DNA of 64,000 bases, taken from contig MU619264.1 in NCBI GenBank assembly GCA_025201805.1, forward strand, positions 62,001-126,000. The letters are read 5' to 3'. The first letter of the stretch is position 1. Each line of letters opens with the position of its first letter. Below the pieces are notes generated by a model. That model did not search any database and was not told the origin of the DNA. It saw only the letters and a list, made by a program, of their open reading frames with translations. Origin of the DNA: Parasitella parasitica NRRL 2501. Taxonomy: Eukaryota > Fungi > Mucoromycota. Below, in pieces: positions 52,027 through 64,000 of the stretch. A program made the translations under genes and the position numbers.

Positions 52027-55000
52027 ATGGATAGGCCTCAACCACCAGACGCCTTTTCGAGGACATTAGACAGTAAACCTCGACATTCGTACATCAGTCA
52101 AGTAAAGCAGCAGCATGCACAAGACAGCACAAGCACTGAAAACAGTTCAACAGTGAATAGACTTTCGCGTGTATTTGAAGCAAACCAGCTATTAGACAAA
52201 CAACCTAAGCCTATTCCTCCTTCAAAACCTCCGTCATTAAGCAAATCTTCTAATGCAATCGAACCATCTCCAAGGCAGCCTCCTCCACCTCCCACTCCAC
52301 ATGCACCTGCGCCTCCATCTAAACCACAGCCAACACAAGAGGCTGAAATTGACGAAACATCACTTGTTTTCAAAGACATCCGGGCAAGATTTCAGCAAGA
52401 TACTGCCTTGCCCATAGGTAATCATCAGGCAAGTTTGCTATAGATGTTTTGTTTCCGAAAAGTGAGGCTTAACATTTTTGCATTACATATACACTTGTAG
52501 CCTAAATACCGAATCCCCGTACCATTAATGCCCTCAAAGACTGGCCCACCTGCTCCCGAAAAGGTGATCATTGCAGCAAAAACAGGGCCTCCAGCTCTAC
52601 CTCTGAAACCCAAAACGAACAGCATTGTTACGAGCAGATATCCCGAGCAACTACATCAACAGCTACCGCCCTTCCGAGGCAGCCAGTATCAACAGCAGCA
52701 GCCACAGCCTAATTTATCTATTGATACCACATCCTTCTCCACAGACGGCTATAAAAGCTTGTCTCTTCTGTCTGCTGCAGCATCTCCAGCGTCATCTATG
52801 CTCCATATTCCTGCAGTGATATCCCGGACAACTACAGGAAACAGCAGCATTATAAGCAGCACATCCACATCCTCACAAAACTCTACGTCAACCAGTTCGA
52901 AACGAGGATGGCACATTAGTTCGTGGTTTACAAATCAGCAACAGCAGCAGCAACAGCAGCAGCAGCATGAGCAATTGAAGAGTTCGATTCGCAGGTCTGA
53001 TTCCAACGTCATAGCGTCAGACATGGAAACTATGGATCTCTTATCGCCTGAATTTACTGGATCATCTGCAAATACAGCGACAAAACGAGAAAAAGTGATT
53101 GACGAACTGCTAGAGACTGAAAAGGCGTACCAAAAAGACATGTCTCTACTAAAATATATCTACTACGATGGCGCATTGAATGCAGGATTTTCGAAAATGG
53201 ATATGCGGCACTTGTTTTCCAATCTCACAGAAATCGTTGAATTTGAAAAGACGTTTGTTACTGTGTTGGAGCACTCTTGCGAGCAGGACTCGGTGGGGGC
53301 CTCTTTTCGAGAAACAGTAAGTTACAACGATTGAAAGAGGTTGGATCTAACCTGCTGGGGGCTTCTCATAACTAGATGCGTGCGATCGATAGCATATACA
53401 GCGAATACTGTAAGAGACAAGAAGATGCCGTTTTAAAGTTGCAGGAATTAGAATTACTGCCTGAAATACAGGCTTTCTTGAATGTAATATTGTTCAGTTG
53501 ACAATATACTGCGAGGTTTGATCTAACAATGTCTGCCTGCATTTAGGAATGCAAGGAAAAGATCCAGGGAAAGACAACCAGTTGGGATTTAGGCAGTCTA
53601 TTGATCAAGCCAGTGCAGCGAGTACTCAAATACCCTTTGCTGTTGAGAGAAATACTCTCCTTAACGCCACCCACACATATCGATCATGATGACCTTTCTG
53701 CTGCAGTAAAAGAGATTCAAGAAGTGGCAGATAATATTAACGAAATCAAGCGAAGAAAAGATATTGTAGAAAGAATTGTTGGCGACAAGAAGAAGACCGA
53801 TATTAGTGTGAGTATTAGAGCTGTGTAATAAAAAAAAAAGAGAGAGGACACTGACACTATTTCATTGCAGGTTGTGTAAGGTTGTCAAAAGCTATGTGTG
53901 ATCCTGAGCTAATAATAATAGGAAATAGACATGGCATTAACAAGAGGTTTACTCGAAGAGCACAGAAATTCAAGCAGGTGACGGGATTAGCAGGAGAGCC
54001 AACGCATGATATTGTGTTTGAAGCGCTACTGCTGAAATTTGAAGAACAACAGGAACTAGTTCGCCAGCTAGCGCGAGATGTGCAAGGTTGGGTCCGACAT
54101 ATCAAAATTGGATTTGAAAACCTTCAGCAACTTGCATGTAGCATGGAATCGCTCTATGGCTCATGGGGAGGCGTGCGTGTAAAAAGTTTGAATGGAATAA
54201 GCGACTTTAGCAGAACGGCGTCGTACATGTCGTCTAACTTGTCTCGCGAGCTGGATAGCGACGTGCGTGGATTTGTATATAGTCGGATCGACGATTTTTT
54301 GCGAGTGTTTGATAACCCAACGCAAGTGATTCATAAACGAGCATTGAAAATGATTGACTATGACAGAGTGAGAGACATCAAGTTAAAAGGAGATATACCA
54401 GACAAAGCGCTACAAGAGTCGGCAGATGCTTATGTCTCTATCAATGGCCAGCTTGTGGATGAATTGCCAAAATTCTTTAATTTGACGGCAAAGTATTTCG
54501 ATGTTTTGACAGGTGGAATAGCACTGGTGCAATTGAAATTTTTTGGTCTGATGCAGAAAGAATGGATCAAGCTGATAGAGCAGAATCTGGGCATGAAGGC
54601 TGCTAGATCGTTTGAGGCCATTATTGCGAATCATATGGATGAGTTGGATAAAGTTGAGAATATAGCGAGCAAAATAAGCATACTACACAAAAGTAGATAT
54701 GCAAGCAGTATAGGGAGCGATTCTCCCACTTTATCCATGTCGCCTAGACAAAGATCGGGAAACCTTTACTCTCCAAGAATAGCGTCTGATTATGGTAAAT
54801 AATTTAAGTGATATTACCTACATTTCAAGTTTTTTCTAACGGACAAAATTGTACTTTAACTATGTTTTATAGCAACCGCCGGTAGTCCTTCACCACGATT
54901 TATGTCTCCATCTACTGCAACACCGCCTGCGCCTGTAGTTGGAAATTTAATCGATTTGGAACAAGATGGACCTGTAGCAACACCGCAAGATTTCAACTGT

Positions 55001-55174
55001 ATTGTTCTTTACGATTTTGAAATGGATGAAGAGGATAGGCTTAATGTGAAGAGAGGCACTATCTTGCGTGTATCACAAGATGAGGACTATCTAGATCAAG
55101 ATTGGTGGTTTGCAACTACAGCAGATGATTTCAAATCAGGTTGGGTTCCAATCAACTATTGTAAAAAATTATAA
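52027..55174 (+). CDS. RhoGEF with DH + BAR + SH3 domains (Tuba/ARHGEF37-like architecture); includes a GC-AG intron and a 5-nt micro-exon
   Basis: REKVIDELLETEKAY, LFSNL.EI, WDLGSLLIKPVQRVLKYPLLL, NINEIKRRKD, BAR-like KR..KMIDYDR..Y..IN.QL.DELP.F, SH3 VLYDF..WW..GWVPINY; Pro-rich N-terminus. Confidence 0.9.
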
Positions 55175-56149
55175 CTATCTTCTATAATATTATGTAAAAT
55201 ATAACTTTTATATATATGTATATATATACAAATCATTAACATGTATATATTATGACATTTAATAAAACTTGATATAAGGTGCTCGAATCCTAGTTAATTA
55301 TTCTAGTAGATAAGAAACAGATCTTTCATTACGCTTCAATCTGTGGATGCATGTATTTGTGTATGTGCATAAATCTCGTTATACTCGGTGATAGTTTAAT
55401 GGTATCATTCACCCGGGAATTCCCTGGCGCCCCTTAATTCAAATAAGTAGTCGGATGCCTCCGCGGAAGGGACCGCCAGTCATATCTTATCGTAAATGTC
55501 TTTGCAAATGTCTTTAGCTGACATAATCTCATCTTGAGTTTCTAATTAAGATGTTGGTACAAGAAATTTGGTTCGCCCTGTTTCTACTTTTGAAGATCTA
55601 TCTAGACTTTGATTTGTGGGGTGGGGAGGAGGAAGAGATTTGATGGAATGCATAGAATGTGAAATTATGACAATCTATTAGTCAGGTTTTCAATATATGG
55701 GTAAACAAACTTTTTGCTTGAGTAACCAATGTACAGTTTACAAATAAAATATAATAACCAATCAATTCTAAATTTTGAAACGCTGTTATAATGATTAGGG
55801 TTATCAGGGTTTTCTTTGTCATTTCATCAATTATGAGCGCAAATGATCGAGTAAAGTATATAAATTTATCAAAGCTGAGTCTGAGGAATACGGCTCCATG
55901 AGATGCGAAACGGATAACCCAAACATAGGGAAAGACTTGGGATAGTTGAAAAAAGATATATTTATAAAGTAGAGATGAAGAAAGTAAAATACAATAATGA
56001 ACAGTGAAGGATAAAAGAATTTATGGAGTAGAATGATTTTTGCTTTATAACTGATGATATGTACCTGACCACAGTTCCATGTGATACAACAAAAGGGTTT
56101 TCATCCAGGCAAAATCATCATCGCACAAAAAAAAAAAAAGGTTGGGGAT

Positions 56150-57280
56150 TCAACCAAACGTACTGACTATATGTGCCAGCTGCAATAAACCTGCTTGAGA
56201 TGGTTCTTTCCCATCATTTTCAGTATTTTCGTTGCTGCTGTTGCTGTTATTATTCGATAAGGAGGTAGGCGTGGAGGCTGCTGTAGTTTCACGTTGTTCA
56301 TTTTGTATTATTGTTTCAAAACCGGTTGGATGCAATAATGTGAATGGGAATATTTTTCTCTTTTTTACAGGTCTTAAATAAGTAAGAGGCTTGTGTTGGT
56401 AAAATATACTCTCATTAGACTCTGCTATTACTGGAGGTGTTGGTGGCGATGCTTTCACGGTAGATTCTTCCATTTCTCGAGTATACAATGACGACGATTC
56501 ATGTCCAACAGGTTCTACTGACCATGTACCATTGCTATTTCTTCTACTTGCTGGCGTAGATTTGTCTGCATTGAAATTTTCATTTTGTTGTAATTGCTGC
56601 TTTTGCATGTGGGATGCAGCTACAGCTCCCAGAGGTGTCGGCATATTGTACTTTACGGATGATAAACTGTTACGCTCCATTGTCGAAGGATGGCTCAGCA
56701 AATACCGGCGATAGTTGTTTAAATGTTGATCTATTGTCAAAGGTCTTTCTACACGATACGGGTCTGATCGAATTCTTTGGTGGGCATGGAGTCGTGGTCT
56801 TGGATGTGGATCTTCTGTAGTCACTTTCTTTTGTGTCCTTTTAGATTTTGGAGACATGTGCGTGCGATAGTGTTGCATCATATTATCCTGGCGAGAGAAG
56901 CGAGATAAACAACCAGGAAATAAACAGGGAAAGTTCTTTTCGCCAGTGTGAATGCGATTATGTCTAGCCAAATGTCCACTAGAGAAGCAATTAGACATGC
57001 AGTCGCATTAGGGCCACGTATCTTACCTAGTAGTAAAGCTCTTTGCACATCCTGATTCTGCGCAGTGGTATTTTCTTTTGGAGGAGGATTCTGCAGGCGC
57101 TGACGAGGTTGCTGGTGTTGATACCGTTTCCATGGCACCGGTATTTTCATCTGAATTATCAGATGAAGGAGGGCTGGGCACAGACATGACCATTGGGCCA
57201 CTGTCGTTCAGTAAGTTAATATGACGACCTGATGCATTTGTAATCAAAAATGCTGATTCTTTTGAAATATCATTCAACAT
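56150..57280 (-). CDS. Nrg1-like two-finger C2H2 transcription factor, 2 exons
   Basis: KYHC..SGCAKSFTT|SGHLARHNRIHTGEKNFPC.FPGC.SRFSRQDNMMQHYRTH; C-terminal LLQLAHIVSTFG. Confidence 0.9.
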
Positions 57281-57849
57281 GTTGTTATTTTTTTGTATAC
57301 AGGAAAGGAAAAAAAAAAAAAAAAGAGTAAAAGGGGAAATGGAAATTCAATTCTGGGTAAATCGTTCTTGTCTGGTTTCAAAGAAAAACATGAACTCAGT
57401 TTATGTGACCAATGGATTAGATAATAGAGACCCTCTCCAAAGGGCCCTTGATTCCTTTCCATTGCACATACAAGCCAATCATCATGGCTGTAGGGTTGAC
57501 TATTATTGCATACCGGATATGATGATATTGAATCAAACTCCTTGGATGAAACCCCCTTCTTTTCAACTATATAAATTTCAACATCTTAGAGCCTACTGCT
57601 TTTCTTCTTTTCTTTCATATTTTGAATCATTCCTCAAATGCTAGTTAGGGTCAATTTCATTCTGAATGGAAACGTCCGTTTCTTTCCATCGCCAGCTAGT
57701 TGCAAACCACCATCCGTGCATACTGAGCAAGATTCTAATGCCCAAGAAGATGTACAAGATTCTCAACCAGAACAAGGTACTTGCTGGCCGTATTGTCTTT
57801 TTTCAAATGTCTAATTTTATCTCTATAAAATCTCAAAGCAAATCCCGAA

Positions 57850-58599
57850 ATGACGGCAAAACCGGTAATTAGTGACCAGAATGGAGGGGATTACGGTACT
57901 ATAATTATCCACAACCAAGAGAATCTTCATGTTGAATCAAATCATGAAGATCTCTGCAGAATCGAACTAGAATCGACGCCAGATATTACAGACAAATCGT
58001 CTGTAGAACAAGACATGATGTACTCTGCTTTCTCTGCTTTCACGACAGCGTCTACTTCGCTACAGCCGCACAATGACATCGAGAGCCTGAAAAGCAGTAA
58101 TATAACTTGCTATCATAGCGTATTATCAAAGAAGCCTGTGAGCAGCCTTTTACTCGAAAGCCCAATCCCATCGTGTATCGGTAGCATTGACATCAAAGAG
58201 GATAATAGCGTTGTTACAGATGATGAAACAATCACTCCCCCTGCAAATCTGATCTACTACAAGAGACGCGAAGATTTCTACCCACATAAGACGATTGTAG
58301 AACATCAACAGCAACAGGAAGAAGGCGAAATATACCCTCCTGCATTGAACCACAGTAATAGACGTCAAAGCATCCAGTAAGACATCTCTTTTGCCATTGA
58401 TCGGCATTATCTCTTCTTGCTCTCCTAACAAATGTATCTCGATTTATTTTATAGCATGGCAGTGAAAAAAATTTATTCTACCAAGCCGGCTTCGCTACAT
58501 GACGGCAATGGGATGCCCGTATTCAAGCCATCAGGAACCTCTAAAAAGCCAAGAGACATATACCGAAGAATAAAGACGTTGGTCAAGCATCGAAAATAA
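57850..58599 (+). CDS. Hypothetical protein, 2 exons (acidic low-complexity body, basic tail)
   Basis: 176-aa ORF ends at a GTAAGA donor; a TTATAG acceptor at ~58454 continues in frame to ...IYRRIKTLVKHRK*. Confidence 0.65.
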
Positions 58600-60442
58600 T
58601 ATTAGATAACAAATGTATATAACTATATCCCCTATATTGCCATCATTCCCATTGAAACATTTTGTTTGTCGGCTTGTGTACAACATGTCGTGCAAACCAT
58701 AATAAACGCTGCATATTTGAATGATAACACACATGTATATTGGCTCATAAAGTTTCACAACCTCCTGCGTTTCTCTTACATTCACAGCTCTGATCGTCTT
58801 ATAAATAAACTGATCAGCAAGAGTACATGGCAGCAAGGTTCTTTATTTGCGACAGAAATGTGGAGCGGTTTGCGTTGGATATTCTACTATATCTCTCTGA
58901 TTCTGATATTGACATTGATGGGCTTGTATGGTAAATATTTGCATGTTTCAAGGTTCAATCCCGCGAGTTATATGATTTCATGAATACATGCCTTGATATA
59001 ACTAGCGTGCCAACGTCATCTCGTTTTCTGAAATTGTATGAGTCGCATAATATATCTTCGCCATATGTCCTAATATAAATATGTTGAACATTAGTAGCAA
59101 TCTAAGATGTGAAAGTTTACTTCTTGCAATTACGTTTATTATCAGGTACCCTACTTCACCATTATTAGCTTACAGATATTAACTAGCTTTGCCAAATTTG
59201 ATTATGCACAGCCGAATATTTTAACTTTTTTACCGCAATAATACATTAATGACGGATGTGTGAGCGCTTGCCTGATTGAAGTGTAGTCCTATGAAATAAC
59301 TAATAAAAGTTAAATTCTTCTTCAATAATTATTACACTAAAGAACGCTGCATTGAATATAAGCAGAAATATCAGTGACAAGGCACATAAAGTGTTAAATA
59401 ACGCCTAATAATAATCTCATCATAGCACCCAAAGGGTTATCATGACAGAGAAACCTATTTGGCCCTGATAATTTCATCTGCCATTTCTCTACATCAACTT
59501 TTATTTCGCAACAATATGTATAGTGCTTTGTTTACCTAAAAGTAGCACCAAAAACACATGCAGCACAAACATTTCTAAGAGTTTTGGAGACGCCAGAACA
59601 GAACCTCATACAATTACAACGCTATGCAAGCAGCATCTCTTTATATTAACGATACTTTAGTAAAATCATATATAACTTGGGCAGACTTAACCTTATAAAA
59701 GTTAATCATCTGGTTTAGCACATGAAGAATATAATAATGATAAAATTTTACATAAAAATACTAATTTTCTAATATGTAGCACATTACGAAAGTAGCAGTT
59801 GCGATCGTGAATCTTGTTATAGACTTTATAACAAAATGATCACCCTCTTTTCATAGCTTCAACATTTTATGTTAATACCGAGGGCACTACAAGTACATAT
59901 GGTTTAACGCATATTAATAGATGACTATCGATGGTTTTGTGTTATATTGGGGAGGGGGAGGGGGTAGTGCAGCTATTATAAAAGGGATGTTTCTCAAGTA
60001 CAAGGTGTTACTGATGAGCAAAACTGTATTATGTAACCTCGAAATTCTTTAACTGCCATATATTCCTGCCTATGTATTCACAATCTGAACCGTTTTATAT
60101 CACTAGCCAAGATTAATTACAGCTTGGTTTCTGAATGTGGTTACTATAGCAATCGTTTACTAGTCGCTGTAGTGTAATTACATAGTGCTAGTAATAGCTG
60201 CTATCACTAGCACTAGCATTAGGGCACAATATTCAAAAATACATAATACGGATTGCTATTCTGCGAGCTATGGATTTAATTTGTCCAGTATCTGTTCCAG
60301 CAATACTATTTGGTATGTGTCAAAGATCCACGCAATTCTGTTTTTCGCTTACTAAAACTGTTCAGTCCGAGGGAAAAATAAAACACCTCTGTACCTGAAA
60401 GATTTAATGGTTCCCTTCTTTCATAAAACGCACAAAAAAAAC

Positions 60443-62170
60443 ATGAGCATGACTTTATTCGAAGCAGCAGCAGAAGGCAATATAGATTACTTGAAAAGAA
60501 ACATCAAACTCATCAACGAGAAGAATGAACGTGGCTGGACTCCTCTGCACTTTGCTGCACGTTTTGGGCAGTTGGAAGCAGCCAAATTTCTAAAGGGCAG
60601 CGAAGCAGATGTATCTATTGTCAATGGAGAAGGCAAAACTGCAGCACAGGTGGCTAGTTTTTGGGGTAACGACAAAATCGCACAGCTGCTGACAGTTGAT
60701 GCAGCACCTGTTGCCACAGGCTCAGCTGTTGGTGCAGATGGCTCCCCTTTTCCAGACAATTATACTGCGGTTTTTGCGGGTAATCCCCTGAACAGGTAAT
60801 AACATGCTAAACAGGATTACCTCCATTTAATAAATACGCATACTGACATACGACCGAAGATATGGTTGGAATCGTGGAAAAGCCGAGTTTCTAGCCAAGA
60901 TTGCTCGCTCGCCTAAAGCAAAGTATCTGATTTTGAATGGATTGAAAGCATTGTATAACTCTGAAGGAGGGTTGTATTATGCTGGGTATAATCAGGTAGC
61001 ATCTGTTGTTGAACGGGTCTATACAGAAAATGATTTTGTTCCCAATAATACAGACGTTATTCTGATCTTTATGGGCATTGACGAAAGCCAAGGTCAAGGG
61101 GAAGATGGAGAGATTATTTGGGCACTTGATTTGACTCCCCAAGGTGTTCTCAAGCAAGAATATAGCAAGATAATACAGGGTACAGTTAGATGATGCGAAT
61201 ATTTACAAAAGTATTCCTAAATCAATAGTGCGTACTTTATAGAGTTTGAATTGCAAAATCTGGAATTTCTACCTACTCTTCCTCGTGCATTTGTTATGGA
61301 AAAGTCGGTCAGTGCTATCATTGCGCAAGCAGCAGCCATGGGTAAATAGCCAAACATGTCGGCTTACTGTGTCTAACAAACAATCTACAAAATGCGTACA
61401 GTTGATTGGAATGCTAGGGCTAAATTCTGTCCAGCCTGCGGCAAACGCACGATCTCACAAGAAGCTGGCTATAAACGTAGCTGTCCCACGACGGATGGGG
61501 AGAAATGCATTAGCCACACTGGTATCCAAAACTTTGCCTATCCCAGAACAGGTAGCTTATTAAGAAGAAATGCATTACAGGCTATTTTTAAACTCTTTAA
61601 TTTTTATTTAGATGCTGTGATCATTGTTTGTATCGTTCACCCTAACGGTGACAAGATCTTGCTGGGCCGCCAAAAGAGATGGCCAAACAAGATGTTTTCT
61701 TGCATTTCAGGTAAAAAGTAGAAAGTACAAAACGAGTGCATACTGAAAGATGAGATGTTTTGGTAGGCTTTGTTGAAGCAGCAGAGACCCTCGAAGAGGC
61801 TGTACGCCGTGAGGCATTTGAAGAAACAGGTGTAGTGGTTGATCGTGTGGCCTATCATAGTAGCCAACCTTGGGTAAATACGGTGCACATGCCAAGCAAT
61901 ATCAATAATACTCATTTCTCTTTCTAGCCATTCCCCAACTCACTCATGCTGGGTTTCATTGCTGAAGCCGTGTCGACTGATATCCATTTCCGCGATGATG
62001 AATTGGAATCTGCTCAGTGGTTCACTCGCTCTGAGGTAACTGCAGCCTTAAAAGGTAATATAAATGCTATTTTTTCCATGGCACCCAAGGGATCACTTGC
62101 CTCCACCTTGGTTCATGCATGGATCAATGATAAGAAATGGCAACAGCCTGGCAAGTCTGCAAAGATGTAA
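60443..62170 (+). CDS. NUDT12: Ankyrin-repeat NAD(H) pyrophosphatase / NAD-cap decapping Nudix hydrolase with PTS1, 7 exons
   Basis: Ankyrin [33 protein letters not shown], Nudix box [26 protein letters not shown]|PFPNSLM; C-terminal AKM. Confidence 0.93.
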
Positions 62171-62293
62171 TAATAAACCATTTTTCTCGGGGCGGGGTTA
62201 TGTGTGCAAATCCGTTGTTTTGTGTATAAATAAAGTTTCTTTTATTCGCGTGAAGCTTTTTTCTTTCTTTTAGCTTTCAACTTTATTTCAAAT

Positions 62294-63279
62294 ATGTCTT
62301 ATCAACCGCCACCGCCATCTTACGGACAAAATCCTCAACAACAAAACTATCAGCAGCAAGGTTATCAACAGCAGGGCTATCAACAGCAGGGCTATCAACA
62401 ACAACAAAATTACGGCGGTAAGTTTGCTTACATGTGAGTATGTTGCGCAGCCAGCTGATGTTATATCACACAGCCCCTCCCACTGAAATACGTCCTGGGG
62501 TTGATCCACAACTTTTATCATGGTTTAAAGCAGTTGGTAAGTAGGGCGCCTGACAACCTCTGCATTCCTGGATTAATAACTGTTAACTTAATGATATCAG
62601 ATACTGATGGCTCTGGACAACTCTCTGCCGATGAACTTCAAAAAGCTTTGATCAATGGTGATTGGAGTCCTTTTAATATTGAAACTGTTCGTTTAATGGT
62701 CAATATGTTTGATACTGGTAAGTCTTCAGAGGGGAGCAGGAGCTGAGTTTATTCAATCCAAATGTCTATTTTCGTAGACAACAGCGGTACAATCAAATAC
62801 GAAGAGTTTGCTGGCTTGTGGAAATATATTGAAGACTGGAAGAGGTGTTTCCAAACCTTTGATGTCGATCGTTCTGGTACCATCAACGAAAATGAAATGG
62901 GGATTGCTTTGCGTTCATTTGGCTTCAATGTTTCATCTACATTCATCAAAACTTTGATACAAAAGTTTGATCGCTATGGTATAGTATTCGTTTTTTCTCA
63001 CTACATATAGCGGCACTCTTTTTTTTTCTAACATTACAATATTAACAGCTACTATTAAAAATACAGGAAAAGGTGATGTCTCATTTGATAACTTTGTACA
63101 AGCTTGCGTTACAATGAAGACCTTGACTGATTCTTTCAAGCAATTCGATAACAACCACGATGGTTGGATTCAGATAAACTATGAGCAGGTAATATTGAAA
63201 TGGGTTCTATTGTGATGTGTGTCATTGTGCTGACTTTTATAAATAGTTTTTGGATCTTGTTGTTCGTCAACGTCCTTGA
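62294..63279 (+). CDS. PEF1: Penta-EF-hand protein (Pef1/ALG-2/peflin), 6 exons
   Basis: QQQGY-repeat N-terminus; WFKAVDTDGSGQL, FNIETVRLMVNMFD, FDVDRSGTI, SFDNFVQACV, DGWIQINYEQFL. Confidence 0.93.
62348..62407 (+). repeat. 15-bp coding tandem repeat (TATCAACAGCAGGGC-like, YQQQG)
   Basis: About 4 imperfect units in PEF1 exon 1. Confidence 0.85.
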
Positions 63280-64000
63280 TTTCTCTCTAATTTTTTCATA
63301 AGAAATAAATAAATAAAAAATAAAAAAACACTATCATCATTGCGTATTATTATTGAAGTAACGTGTGGCTATTCAATACTTTTTTAATAATTATATCTGT
63401 TTACAATGCAATATTGCGATAGTCGAACAGAGCACCATCATTATTAAGCCAAAAAAAAAACGCTGAGTAATATGCAGTTGTATATCATCAATATTTGTGA
63501 TGTTTTCTTGACTAAATAAAATATTTGCTATATACTATTTGTGAGAAGAGAGAGCGTAACGTTTAATTGACTTTATCTTATATGATATATCACTTGCTAT
63601 AGCACCAATACCATCTTCAGTTGTACAATCCTCTCAAAGGCATAAAGATCCATGAGATCATAACTCAAAGTTCAGTGATTTTGACCATAATACCTTAAGT
63701 TTTTTTGCCCTCCTGTGATAGTGGTGGTAGGGGGGGGGGGGGAATGATTTGTAGAAAGATTATTGACTTGACCTTAAATTGAATATATGCTTGTTGTATC
63801 TATAGAACTATTTTGAGTACGTTGTCATGGCAACCGTTCCTGGATCAGATCTAATGTCAAATGTCGTCGGTAATTTTATTTAATAAATAATAATGATAAA
63901 ATTAATCATGAAACATCTTGTATATGGATGCGAAACGTAGTAATATTTGTACGAAGAATTGATATAAGAATGAAGGTGCAGCAGCGTGTGTACATCAATT

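Noticed and set aside
26078-62170. Perilipin, ABCD transporter and NUDT12 as a lipid/peroxisome cluster
   Set aside because: Spread over 36 kb with many unrelated genes between them; no shared regulatory signal seen.
1-64000. U12-type introns, rRNA, intact tRNA, CRISPR arrays, bacterial HGT islands
   Set aside because: No RTATCCTT donors in the introns examined, and no cloverleaf, repeat-spacer array or operon-like segment was seen.

Overview
Gene-dense eukaryotic DNA, AT-rich, with short (mostly ~50-90 nt) spliceosomal introns. Gene content and intron style point to a Mucorales (Mucoromycota) fungus; this is inferred, not database-checked. The first ~3.2 kb is a transposon graveyard: an internally deleted Helitron with an intact CTAG 3' end, a degraded spliced gene and a probable piggyBac-type relic. 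About 24 protein genes follow: METTL21-type methyltransferase, a hypothetical, STK19, LOG, a FEN1/XPG-family nuclease, full-length neurofibromin-like RasGAP, GatB, chorismate synthase, perilipin, IMPDH, STE20/PAK-like kinase, Rvs167-like BAR-SH3, CSN7, peroxisomal ABCD transporter, F-BAR RhoGAP, eIF5A, MFS transporter, DH-BAR-SH3 RhoGEF, Nrg1-like C2H2 factor, a second hypothetical, ankyrin-NUDT12 and a penta-EF-hand protein. There are also a methyltransferase pseudogene, Tc1/mariner and possible LINE relics, and a dispersed 67-bp repeat. I found no convincing new multi-gene system. The best-supported oddities are a 5-nt micro-exon and a GC-AG intron in the RhoGEF gene, tail-to-tail genes whose stop codons are 9 bp apart, the animal-like ankyrin-NUDT12 with a PTS1, and a concentration of BAR-domain and small-GTPase signalling genes. 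Multi-exon CDS features are given as start-to-stop spans, with exon structure derived by hand.
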